Origin: a virus | Lineage: Duplodnaviria; Caudoviricetes | IMG/VR virus record: IMGVR_UViG_3300036715_004474 | Location: 1-52,521 of that record | DNA length: 52,521 nt | Reading direction: 5' to 3' (one strand) | Shown here: positions 26,713 through 35,894 of the stretch, one piece after another | Numbering within the stretch: the first letter of the stretch is position 1 | How the letters are laid out: each line of letters opens with the position of its first letter | Position numbers and translations under genes: made by a program | The notes under the pieces: generated by a model | What the model saw: only the letters and a program-made list of their open reading frames with translations | Database searches by the model: none | What the model was told of the DNA's origin: nothing

Positions 26713-28938
26713 CTACTCCTTGGCCGGCGGTGCCGGCTGCTTGGTCCCCTGCGCGGGGGATCTGGTGATGGGGGCTTTGCCTGCGCCCTGGGGGGCGCCC
26801 GGCGGCGCCGGCGAGCTCGGCGGACCCTCTGCGGTCTCGCAGGCGGCCGCGCAGGCCTTGGCGGCCGAGACCAGCCCGGGCAGCCAGGACGCCGCCAGCG
26901 CCAGGGCGCCGGCAGGACCGGTGGGCGCGGGCAGGACCTGGAGCATCCGGCGGACGAGCTCCTCGACGCCGTGTGCGGCGCCGTCGGCGGCCTCGTGCCC
27001 GATCGTGCCCTCGGCGCCGATCTCGCACTCGATGGCCTCGTGCAGCGCCGTGGCGACGAGATCGGCCGTGTTCTCAGCGATGCGTCGCTCGATCCAGAGC
27101 TCGCCGGCGGACACGTAGGTGTAGAAGCTCGGGTTCGCGCTGTCGCTGAAGCACACGTCGAACCCGCGCACGGCGGCGCCGTCGACGGTCCACACCGAGT
27201 ACTCCCCCAGCTGGCCGACCTTGGAGCGGCCGAGGGTGGCTAGGAACGCCGCCGGGAGCGCCAGGCGCCGCGCGTCGTCGCAGACCTCCATGTGGAGCGG
27301 GTTCATGCCGTGCATCTGGCCCTCGGGCGTGGGGGACGAGCGCCGCGGCGCGCCGTCGTCGTCGTCGTCTTCGTCGAGGTCGGTCTCCCCGAACGCGCTG
27401 GCGACGTTGCGCTTGGCCGTCTCCGCGCCGATGAGCCCCGCGTCCTTGGCGCTCACGGTCGCCGTCACCAGCTCGCCGATCTCGGCGTTGGTGGGGCTGA
27501 AGTAGCTCCCCCAGCTGGGGACCATCTTGGGTGGCACCCAGAGCGTCTCGCCCTCGAAGGCCACCAGGAAGGGCGCGCAGGCGTTCGCCACGGCCGCGGC
27601 CTGGGGCACCAGGATCCCGCGGCCTCCGAGGGCCACGGTGATGCGCAGGATCATCGAGAGGATGCGGGCCAGGCCCGTGGACCACCAGCAGTCGCGCAGC
27701 TCGTCGACGAGCGCCAGGAGCGGCGCGTACATCATGGCCAAGGCCTTCGCCGACAGCTCGCCCTTGCCCGCGACCGTCATGGGGTCGAGGAGCACGACGT
27801 CGATGGCCTCGAGGATGCGGGCGCGGACGTCGAGCACGTGCTTGGTGGAGACGTCGAAGGCGATGCCGGTCGTCTCGATGATGCCCGGCAGGGCGTCGGG
27901 CGACTGGTAGCTCCAGATCTCGTCCGGTGCGCGTTTGCGCGCCGCGCCGCCGCCCGACTTGGTGTAGCCGTCGCGCTTCGCAGCGGGGTCCGTGCTCGCC
28001 TTTGCCGGGCGCTCGGTGCGGGCGATCGCGCCGGGCTGCTCGTCCTGGCTGACGCCCACCTCGTAGGCCTGGGGCGTGCCGAAGTAGACGATCCCACGGT
28101 GGCGCTGGCTCAGCGCCAGGTTCATGGCGTCGAACTCGTCCTCGAGGTCCTCGTAGAGCGCGAGCCCGTCGACGTCGGCGCAGTCGTCCGCGGGGAGGTT
28201 GCGGGTCCACACCACCGGGCAGAAGCCGAGCTTGTGCGGCTTCGTGCGCTTCTCGTCGCGCACCCACTCGACGGCCTTGCCGGGGACGAAGGGGGCGTCC
28301 TCGTAGAACACGACCTCGGTGTCGTTGAAGTCGCGCCTGAAGTAGTGCGTCTCCGTCGTGACGACGTCGCCGCGCTTCACCGCCTTTTCGAACTGGTAGC
28401 ACCAGACCATCTGCGCGACGTCGCCCTCCGGGTCGTCGTCGACGAAGCGCACCCAACAGTCCTGGGGGCGGGGCATGTCCAGCGAGAAGCGGCCGCGGCG
28501 GACGCTGAGGACCGCGACCGCGGAGCGCTGCGAGAGCCCGATCCGGAGGAGCCGGCGCATCGCGCTCTTGAGCCGCGCGAGCTCGATGACGTGGGCGAGG
28601 TACGTGGTGAGGAGCTTGGCCTGGTCGGCGTCGAGCGCCGTGGTGGCGTCCTCGCTCTCGGCCTCGGCGACGGCGACCACGGGGAAGCGCCCCTCGCCGA
28701 AGGTGAAGCGCGCGGCCTGGTTGCAGGCCGCCTTGGGCAGCGGGTAGACGATGCAGGGCTTGCGCTCCCGGATCGGCACCACCTTGCCGCCGGCGTCGAG
28801 GCCGGTGAAGAAGTCGGGCCGTCCGTCGTACTGCGAGCCATCGTAGTAGGCCGCGAGGCGCGCGATCTGCTGAGCCCGGCGCGTGGACGCGATCCGCTCG
28901 GGCTCGGCGAAGTAGTCGGGCGCCGCGGCGGTGGTCAT
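26713..28938 (-). CDS. Portal protein (SPP1 gp6-like) with C-terminal HExxE domain
   Basis: YYDG, HKLGFCPVVWTRN, SAKALAMMYAPL motifs; extra ~200 aa after an acidic linker. Confidence 0.88.
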   Translation of the reverse strand: MTTAAAPDYFAEPERIASTRRAQQIARLAAYYDGSQYDGRPDFFTGLDAGGKVVPIRERKPCIVYPLPKAACNQAARFTFGEGRFPVVAVAEAESEDATTALDADQAKLLTTYLAHVIELARLKSAMRRLLRIGLSQRSAVAVLSVRRGRFSLDMPRPQDCWVRFVDDDPEGDVAQMVWCYQFEKAVKRGDVVTTETHYFRRDFNDTEVVFYEDAPFVPGKAVEWVRDEKRTKPHKLGFCPVVWTRNLPADDCADVDGLALYEDLEDEFDAMNLALSQRHRGIVYFGTPQAYEVGVSQDEQPGAIARTERPAKASTDPAAKRDGYTKSGGGAARKRAPDEIWSYQSPDALPGIIETTGIAFDVSTKHVLDVRARILEAIDVVLLDPMTVAGKGELSAKALAMMYAPLLALVDELRDCWWSTGLARILSMILRITVALGGRGILVPQAAAVANACAPFLVAFEGETLWVPPKMVPSWGSYFSPTNAEIGELVTATVSAKDAGLIGAETAKRNVASAFGETDLDEDDDDDGAPRRSSPTPEGQMHGMNPLHMEVCDDARRLALPAAFLATLGRSKVGQLGEYSVWTVDGAAVRGFDVCFSDSANPSFYTYVSAGELWIERRIAENTADLVATALHEAIECEIGAEGTIGHEAADGAAHGVEELVRRMLQVLPAPTGPAGALALAASWLPGLVSAAKACAAACETAEGPPSSPAPPGAPQGAGKAPITRSPAQGTKQPAPPAKE

Positions 28939-29375
28939 GCGGGCTCAGCGCTCGAGCGGACCGTCACCCGGAGCGAGGCCGCGCGCGGGACGTTTCCGAG
29001 GGGAGTGGAGTCGTCGACGTCGGCGGCGCCCAGGTCGCGGAGGCGCTTCGCGAGCTCGCTGATGCGGACGAGGCAGGCCTTCTGGTCGACCGGGTGGGCG
29101 ACGGAGGGCGGCACGTAGGAGATCAGGCCGCCGGGCGTGCGGACGCTCCGCAGGGGCTTGAGCACGTCCTCGAGGAGGAGCGGGTGGAGCTCGGGGTGCG
29201 CTGCCGTTGCCTCGGCCAGGCGCGCCTCGACGCGGCGGAGCAGTTCCGCGCGGAGCTCCTTGCCCTGCCGCTCCGTGGCGGCGAGCTCGCTCTCGACGGC
29301 AAGGAGCGCCGCGGCCAGGTCCTCGAGGGACGCTGGCGCCGTCGCGACGTCTGGCGGGGCCTCGGGGTCCTGCAC
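28935..29375 (-). CDS. Hypothetical coiled-coil protein
   Basis: Coupled to the portal start. Confidence 0.6.
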   Translation of the reverse strand: MQDPEAPPDVATAPASLEDLAAALLAVESELAATERQGKELRAELLRRVEARLAEATAAHPELHPLLLEDVLKPLRSVRTPGGLISYVPPSVAHPVDQKACLVRISELAKRLRDLGAADVDDSTPLGNVPRAASLRVTVRSSAEPA

Positions 29376-29381
29376 GGCGGG

Positions 29382-29570
29382 CTAGACCTTGAACTGGTGC
29401 GGCTTGCGGGACCGGAGCCCGGCGCGCATGTGGAGCGGGGCCCACAGGCCCGTGGGGCCCTGGCCACCACCGCCGGCGCGCCCGCCGTTGCCGGCCGGGA
29501 GGCTGCGCGCGGAGGTGCCGAGGGAGGCGAGGGTCGCGACGAGGGCGAGGGCGGACGCGGACAGACGCAT
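29382..29570 (-). CDS. Small hypothetical protein with hydrophobic N-terminus
   Basis: GGAG RBS; fills the gap after terL. Confidence 0.4.
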   Translation of the reverse strand: MRLSASALALVATLASLGTSARSLPAGNGGRAGGGGQGPTGLWAPLHMRAGLRSRKPHQFKV

Positions 29571-29670
29571 GGGCGGACTCCGGGGCTGGACGTGGGGTGG
29601 CGCTCGCGCGCGCCGGCGCGTTGAAGTCGATGGGGTGGGTGGGCGATGCGATATCGCTCGCTGGAGCAGG

Positions 29671-31101
29671 TCAGCCGCCGCGGCTCTCGTGGCTCGCGCT
29701 GTTGCGTCCGCGAGTTTTCCGGCCCTGGAAGTAGTGGGTGAAGACGCCGTACCGAATGCCGTCGAGGCAGTGGTCGTTCTTCTTGATGGGGCGCTCGTCG
29801 TACTCGTCCTCGGCGCCGCGCGTGGCCGCCCAGCGGTAGCCCTGGAACTCGCCGACGGTGATCGTGCACGTGTCGAGCACGTAGAAGCGCGGCGCCTCGC
29901 CGAGCACGTCGTCGTAGTGGATGAACGACTGCACGGCGGAGAGCCCCAAGCTCACGCGGTTGTCGCCAGGCAGCACGGTCGTGCGCCCGACCTGGGAGAG
30001 CACGCGCTGGAGCTGCAGGAGGTAGCCAGCGGCCTCGGCCTCGGTCTCCTCCTCGGAGCCGCCGGCGGGGTCGCAGTACCAGGTGGTGGGCCCCCACGTG
30101 CGCTGAATCTGCCGGGCGATGCCCCACCAGCCGTCGCGCTCGCCGGACCTGTCCGCGTAGGCCAGGCCCGCGTGGCTGTGCTCCTCGAGCACCCAGACGC
30201 GCGGCAGCTCGCAGCCCTCGTAGTCCTCGGTCTCGGGCACCCAGACGCGGTCCAGGCCGAGGACGATCATGGAGCCGCGCTTGGCCGTGCCCCAGTCGAC
30301 CCCGACGATCACCTCGTCGAGCTGGTCTCGCCTCGGCACCTGGTCGGCGCGGACGATGTGCCGCTCGTCGTTCCACTCGTCGTAGATGAGGCCGACCGGC
30401 GCGTTGAACGTCGCCAAGTACTCCTGCGCGAAGGCACGCTTCGGCCGGGTGCGGCGCGCGCGCTCGATCTCGGAGCGGTCGATGATGCCCGCCTCGAGCG
30501 CGGTGACCTGGATCGACTCGTAGTCGGGGTCGCGGACGTCCGCCGGCGACGCCGCTTGGCCCTTGCGGAACTCCCGGTAGAGCCGCCCGCGCCCCTTCGG
30601 GGTGCCCAGCTGGACGAGCCGGCCCTTGTTGTCCGCGAGGGCCGGCCAGACGCACTCGTCGAAGACCTCAGGGGTGAAGTTGGGGTCGTCGCTCTCGTCG
30701 GTGATGAAGAGCTTGAACCCGTCGCCTCGCACCCGCTCCGGCGCCTGGGCCGAGTAGAGCATCAGGCGGCAGCCCGTCTTGAACTCGACGAACAGCTCGG
30801 AGCCGTTGGGCCGCCCGGTGATGAAGTGCTTCGCGGCGGGGTCCCGTAGATCCTCCATGAGCGGCCGCCATAGGAGGCGCTTGGCCTGCCCCAGCGTCGG
30901 CGCCATGTAACCGACGTCGCCCGGGCCCGAGTCGAGGCACGCTTGGATGGCCAGCGCCCGGGTGCTGACCGTCTTGCCCGAGCGGCGGGCCGCCACGGCC
31001 ACCAGATGGCGCGTGGCGCGCGTGAGCAGCCAGCTCTGGAACCAGGTCAGCCGGCTCCCGGCTCGTCGCCTGGCGGGCTTGAAGTTCCAGACGACGGACA
31101 T
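29671..31101 (-). CDS. terL: Terminase large subunit
   Basis: Walker A ARRSGKT, Walker B FITDE, GTPKG, nuclease GVDWG, NDHCLDGIRY. Confidence 0.95.
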   Translation of the reverse strand: MSVVWNFKPARRRAGSRLTWFQSWLLTRATRHLVAVAARRSGKTVSTRALAIQACLDSGPGDVGYMAPTLGQAKRLLWRPLMEDLRDPAAKHFITGRPNGSELFVEFKTGCRLMLYSAQAPERVRGDGFKLFITDESDDPNFTPEVFDECVWPALADNKGRLVQLGTPKGRGRLYREFRKGQAASPADVRDPDYESIQVTALEAGIIDRSEIERARRTRPKRAFAQEYLATFNAPVGLIYDEWNDERHIVRADQVPRRDQLDEVIVGVDWGTAKRGSMIVLGLDRVWVPETEDYEGCELPRVWVLEEHSHAGLAYADRSGERDGWWGIARQIQRTWGPTTWYCDPAGGSEEETEAEAAGYLLQLQRVLSQVGRTTVLPGDNRVSLGLSAVQSFIHYDDVLGEAPRFYVLDTCTITVGEFQGYRWAATRGAEDEYDERPIKKNDHCLDGIRYGVFTHYFQGRKTRGRNSASHESRGG

Positions 31102-31916
31102 GGGTCGGTCTCCGCCGGCGGGCGCTCGGGGGAGGCGAGCTCCACGCGGAACGTGGGCGGCTCGTCGTGCCGCTCGATGGGCTCCGCCTTGGGCTTGACG
31201 CCGGCGAGCTCGCCGAAGGCCTTCACCAGCGAGGCGAGGCCTCCGAGGGCGCGCGGGTCACCGCGCTCGGTGACCTGGACGTTGTCCTCGACGGTGACGC
31301 GCGGCCGGAGCATCTCCAGCCCGTGGCCGAGGGCCTCGTCGAGCGCGGCCGCGATGCGGGTGCGCACGTAGTCGGACTCGCCCACCGCCTTCACGCGGCG
31401 CGAGGCCTCGGCGGCGTAGTGGTCGAGCGTGCCGGGGTGGAGCCCCCACTCGGCGGCGAGCTCGGGGCCGGTGACGCCGGTTTCCCACTGGTTGGAGGCC
31501 ATGAGCCCCATGCAGTGGCGGACGCGGCCCTCGCGGTCGCGGGGCGCGGCCGGGGCCGCGGCGCCGTGCTCCGGACCCATGTAGCCCGGCGAGCCCGGCG
31601 CCGTGGAGGTGGGCGCTTCCGCCGCCGGGGCGGGCGAGGAAGAAGAGGGTGGTGCGACCTGGACAGCGGCGCGCGGAGCAGCTCGGGCGCGCGGCGGCTT
31701 CGCCGAGCTCGGCGCCGGCGGCGCAGGGGCTACAGCGGCAGCGGGTGGCGCGGACGCGGTCGCGAGGTGGTGGCCCGCGCCGTGGTGGCGCGAGACGCTG
31801 TCCTTGAGCGCGCCGGGGTGGGCGCGGGCGATCGCGCGGGTGGAGTCGCCGCGGCGCAAGGCCTCGTCGATGGCTGCCCGGTCGGGCCGACCGCAGATGG
31901 TGCACGGCCTCGACAT
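31047..31916 (-). CDS. Terminase small subunit (putative)
   Basis: CTICGRPDRAAIDEAL...RAIAR HTH, second HTH; overlaps the terL start. Confidence 0.7.
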   Translation of the reverse strand: MSRPCTICGRPDRAAIDEALRRGDSTRAIARAHPGALKDSVSRHHGAGHHLATASAPPAAAVAPAPPAPSSAKPPRARAAPRAAVQVAPPSSSSPAPAAEAPTSTAPGSPGYMGPEHGAAAPAAPRDREGRVRHCMGLMASNQWETGVTGPELAAEWGLHPGTLDHYAAEASRRVKAVGESDYVRTRIAAALDEALGHGLEMLRPRVTVEDNVQVTERGDPRALGGLASLVKAFGELAGVKPKAEPIERHDEPPTFRVELASPERPPAETDPCPSSGTSSPPGDEPGAG

Positions 31917-32115
31917 CGGGTGTGCCTCCGAGGGCGCCGGCGCGCGGGTCTAAAGCCGTCGGGCCTCCGCGGGTGCACCTCTGGACGCGCGTTGAGGATG
32001 ACACCGATAGCGGTGACACGGGGTGACATTCGACAGCGCGCGATCGCCTTCAAATCGGCTCGAACGCGTGCGACGGGTGACATGCAGTGCGCCAGCGGGA
32101 CACGCGAGATCACCC

Positions 32116-32412
32116 CTATGCGGCGAGTCGACCCGGCTCTCGCGCGCCCGACGGTCGGTGCGCCTCCCAGGCGACCGCGAAGACCTCGAGGTGGGCCGGG
32201 AGGAGGTACGCGCGGCCGTTCGGGTAGACCAGGACCGGCAGCCGCGGCCGCCAGCCGCGCGCGGCCTTCGCCCACCGCTTGGCCGTGCGGACGCAGACCG
32301 ACCTCTTGAGCCTGGCGCTCGCCGCGGCCGCGATCGCCTCGTACCCGATGATGGGCGTGGCGCGCGCGCGGCGGCGCCTCCGGAGTGACCGGGCGAGCGC
32401 GCCCCCGATCAC
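32116..32412 (-). CDS. Xis/MerR-like winged-HTH protein
   Basis: IIGYEAIAAA...VRTAKRWA...LPV...NGRAY. Confidence 0.55.
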   Translation of the reverse strand: MIGGALARSLRRRRRARATPIIGYEAIAAAASARLKRSVCVRTAKRWAKAARGWRPRLPVLVYPNGRAYLLPAHLEVFAVAWEAHRPSGAREPGRLAA

Positions 32413-33974
32413 GAGATGCTCCCGACGCCGGCGAACGGGTCGCTGGAGGGCGCGCGCGACCGCGACGGCGCCCCCTTGTCGCGCGCGAGCGCGGGGATGA
32501 GCTCCCGGTCCTCGAGGACGTGCGCGATCGCGCGCCGCGCGGCCTTGAGCATGATGCGCGCCTCGTGCTCCGTCCGCGGCGCGCCCTCGAGGCCCTGCAG
32601 CCTGACCACGGCGTCGCGCGGGTGGAGCTGCTCCACCGCGTCGCTCACCACCCTGGTGATGCCGCCGCGCCGCTCGGTGATGGCGAGGCTGACCAGCCCG
32701 CCGTCGACCAGGCGGACCAGCTCGATCTCCGCCTCGGTGAGCGGGCGCCCGGGCTCCCGGACGAGCTGCCCTCCCTCCCACCGCGTCCGCGCGCCGACGC
32801 GCGCCGCGCGGATCGCGTCCCAGACGTCGCCGGCGTTGGTGGAGGGCTCCCGGGGCGCGGCCGCGCGCACCTTCGACGGCTTCACCGCCATCCTGCCGAA
32901 CTGCACGCCCTGGGGCAGCTTGTGCGTGCCCATGGCCGAGAACGGGATGGAGGAGCCGCTCGACGTGTCGTTCGTCCCGAAGGCCCCCCGGATCGCGTGG
33001 CGCAGGCCGGCGTAGGGCTCCGCGCGCTGCAGGCGTGGGTGGATCTGGTCGAGGCTGCCGTCGTACTCCACGCCGCGGCGCCGGAGCGCGTTGACGGCGA
33101 TGATCGCCATGGCGCGGAGCTCGCCCTGCAGGGCGGCGTGGATGGCGGCGCAGAGCGGACCGAACCAGGAGGGCGGCGCGGCCGCGGACACCTCGCTGGA
33201 GGGCGCCGGCTCACCCACGACTTCGGACGTGTGCTCGAGCAGGAGCTCCCCGAGGTCGAGGCGTGCCCGGCCGGGCTTCTTCGAGCTGGTCCGGCCGCGC
33301 TTCGCGGGCGCGTCGCCGTGCAGCCGCCCCATGTACCGCCGCATGGTGTCGAGCGCGACGACCAGCGCCTGGGTCTGCTCCGTGTGATGCCGGATGTCGG
33401 CGTCGAGCTGGGCATCCTGCAGCCCGAGGACCGCCTCGGCACGCACGCGGGGCGCGGGCGCCTCGGTGGTGGCGTCGGGGCCGGTGAAGCCGGCGCTCTC
33501 CCGATCGGTGGACCGGCCCCACTCCTCCAGCAGGCGGCCCGGGCGCGAGTAGGCGTCCCACGGCTGGACCCGGAGATCGAGCTCCCACAGGGGCAGGTCG
33601 AGATCGCGCGAGGGCGGGGGCAGGACGGCCGCGCACGCCGCGCACTCGAGGACGCCGGTGCGGGCGACCAGGAGCGCGGTGGACAGGCAAAGGGGGCAGC
33701 GGCGCGACCAGCTCCCGTGCCGGCGCGGCGGGGCGTCCTGGGCCGGCGCACTCGCGGCAACCACAGGCGGCGCCCAGCCCAGGCCGTAGCGCTCGGCCAT
33801 CGCGCGCTGCTGGTCCAGCGGCAGTCGCCCGATTTCGGCGAACGTGTACTCGCGCCCACCCGGCCCGGGCGGCGCGCTACCCGCCGTCGCGTTATCGGAT
33901 GGCGCGACACCCGGCGCGGTATCCGGCGATGGTGCGACAGGCTCCGCGACACCCCGTGCGTGATAACTGATCAT
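32409..33974 (-). CDS. Large hypothetical protein with zinc ribbon; possible late-gene regulator
   Basis: CPLC...CAAC; coupled to the recombinase stop; upstream of the late operon. Confidence 0.65.
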   Translation of the reverse strand: MISYHARGVAEPVAPSPDTAPGVAPSDNATAGSAPPGPGGREYTFAEIGRLPLDQQRAMAERYGLGWAPPVVAASAPAQDAPPRRHGSWSRRCPLCLSTALLVARTGVLECAACAAVLPPPSRDLDLPLWELDLRVQPWDAYSRPGRLLEEWGRSTDRESAGFTGPDATTEAPAPRVRAEAVLGLQDAQLDADIRHHTEQTQALVVALDTMRRYMGRLHGDAPAKRGRTSSKKPGRARLDLGELLLEHTSEVVGEPAPSSEVSAAAPPSWFGPLCAAIHAALQGELRAMAIIAVNALRRRGVEYDGSLDQIHPRLQRAEPYAGLRHAIRGAFGTNDTSSGSSIPFSAMGTHKLPQGVQFGRMAVKPSKVRAAAPREPSTNAGDVWDAIRAARVGARTRWEGGQLVREPGRPLTEAEIELVRLVDGGLVSLAITERRGGITRVVSDAVEQLHPRDAVVRLQGLEGAPRTEHEARIMLKAARRAIAHVLEDRELIPALARDKGAPSRSRAPSSDPFAGVGSIS

Positions 33975-34948
33975 CGGTCCTCTCCCTTCCCGCCGCCCTC
34001 GAACGGGACTCGAAGCAATTCCGCCGTGCGCACCATGGTGGCCTCGCCGCGGCGGTCGTATCGCTGTGTCGTCGTGACCTGGGCATGGCCCACCATCTTC
34101 GCCACCGTCACGAGGTCGCCGCCGGCGTCGAGCGTGTCGGAGATGCACGTCCTGCGCATGTCGTGCGAGGTGAACGAGGCGACGCCCGCGCGCTCCCGCA
34201 CCTGCTCGAGGATGAAAGCGATCGCCCGGTCGGAGAGGCGGCGGACGGTGGGGCGGTCACCCTTGGAGATCCCGACGAACAGCGGCCCCGGCGCCTCGCC
34301 GCGTGCTGCCAGCCAGGCGCGCAGCGCGCGCAGGCTCCCCGGCGGCACGAAGGTGCTGCGCTCCTTGTTGCCCTTGCCCAGCACGCGCAGCCCGCCGGTC
34401 ACCAGGTCGAGGTGCACCAGGTCGAGGGCAACGGCCTCGGAGCGGCGGACGCCGGCGCCGTAGAGCACGCCGACGATGGCGGCATCGCGAGCGCCGGCAA
34501 CGGTCGACCCGTCGCATGCCTGGAAGAGCGCGACCAGCTCGCCGGGCTTCAGCGCGCGCCCAGCCGGCATGCGGAAGCCCCGCACGCCCCGCACATCGCA
34601 GGCGCGCGCGCAGTCCTCGGCCGACATCTGGCCGAGCCGCATGGCCTCGCGGAGCACGCCGCGGACCGCGGCGAGCACCTTGTTCGCCGTCGCAGGCGCG
34701 CAGCTGGCGGCGAGCCGCGCTCGGAGCGCGACGAGGTGCTGGTAGCGCAGGCTGGCCCACGGGACGTCTCGGGGATCCTCCACCCCGAGCTCGCGGGCGA
34801 TGGTGCCCAGCGCGCTGCGCATCCCGGCCCGGCTCTTCTCGCTGCCGAGGCCGGCGAGGTAGACCGCGGCCGGGTGCTGATCCGCGGGTTGGGGCGTAGC
34901 GAGGGAGACCAGCGGGGCGCCGCCGTCAGGCTTGATGATATCTGCCAT
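33971..34948 (-). CDS. Tyrosine recombinase (Xer/Cre-like resolvase)
   Basis: GVRRSE, GKGNKER, HDMRR, VGH, TTQRY catalytic motifs; no arm-binding domain. Confidence 0.92.
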   Translation of the reverse strand: MADIIKPDGGAPLVSLATPQPADQHPAAVYLAGLGSEKSRAGMRSALGTIARELGVEDPRDVPWASLRYQHLVALRARLAASCAPATANKVLAAVRGVLREAMRLGQMSAEDCARACDVRGVRGFRMPAGRALKPGELVALFQACDGSTVAGARDAAIVGVLYGAGVRRSEAVALDLVHLDLVTGGLRVLGKGNKERSTFVPPGSLRALRAWLAARGEAPGPLFVGISKGDRPTVRRLSDRAIAFILEQVRERAGVASFTSHDMRRTCISDTLDAGGDLVTVAKMVGHAQVTTTQRYDRRGEATMVRTAELLRVPFEGGGKGEDR

Positions 34949-35125
34949 CGGGCGTCTCCCAAACTGCTTCCTAGAATGTAGATTCCAGGGAGTAATGACG
35001 AATACCGCGACAGCGGGGGACCGCCGGCGCACTATCCCTATCACCGCATTTCGACAATGCGGTGCGCGCACCCCGCAGTCGGGGCGAGCGCAGCTACGAG
35101 GCCGCGCGCCGACGTGGCACGCAGC

Positions 35126-35470
35126 CTATGATGCCTTGCTGGCGCGCGTGAACAGGCCGACGTCGACGGCCTCGAGGTACGTCCGCTTCTGGGCCTCGCG
35201 GAAGGCCGACGCGTACGCCTCGGTGACGAACACGCCGTTGATGTCGGTCTGGAGGACGAAGGGATCCTTCGCGCGCCGGATGAGCACGTCGAGCCTGCGG
35301 CGCTCGACGTCGAGGAAAGCCGCGATCGCCTTCTTGCCCCTGAGGAGCGGAACGCCGGCATCGTTCGCCTGTGCCGCCGTGCCCGCTGTGACGCCCCCCT
35401 CCACGATGAGCATTGTGGACGTGGACACCGTCTGTGCGGAAGGCGAATAAGTGCCGTTTTTGCTGCGCAT
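35126..35470 (-). CDS. Xis/MerR-like winged-HTH protein
   Basis: LLRGKKAIAAFLDVERRRL...DPF; extended -10 TGGTACAAT at 35504-35512 on the minus strand. Confidence 0.55.
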   Translation of the reverse strand: MRSKNGTYSPSAQTVSTSTMLIVEGGVTAGTAAQANDAGVPLLRGKKAIAAFLDVERRRLDVLIRRAKDPFVLQTDINGVFVTEAYASAFREAQKRTYLEAVDVGLFTRASKAS

Positions 35471-35657
35471 GAGCACCCCGGGCGAACTGTCGGCGATGTC
35501 AGGATTGTACCAGACGGACGGCGCGCGCGCTGAGCGACGTGGTCGGGGAACGCCTGGGTTTCGGCGTGCGTGGGCTGGGGTATGTCCGAGCGCGGGGGAG
35601 CGCGGTGGGACGAGGTGCGCAACGCGGCGCGGTGCTGCGCCGCGTCTGGAGGGCGCG

Positions 35658-35894
35658 CTACTCGTCGTCGGCGCCGCCGGCCATCTCGGCGACGTCGACG
35701 CCGTCACGCCGGGCGAGGCGCACGAAGTAGGCGGCGACCGAGATCCCCTCGGCCGCGGCGCGCGCCTTGAGCGCCCGCCTCGTGGCGGGCGGCACCTTCA
35801 GCGTGAGCCGCTCCAGCTCGCCGGCGGCGAGCTTCGCGGCGGCGGCCTTCACGTTCACCGCCCGGGCCGTCGAGGGACGCTGGGGGGCCTTCAC
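35658..35894 (-). CDS. ParG-like RHH centromere-binding protein
   Basis: RLTLKVPPATRRALKARAAAEGISVAAYF; coupled to parA. Confidence 0.8.
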   Translation of the reverse strand: MKAPQRPSTARAVNVKAAAAKLAAGELERLTLKVPPATRRALKARAAAEGISVAAYFVRLARRDGVDVAEMAGGADDE

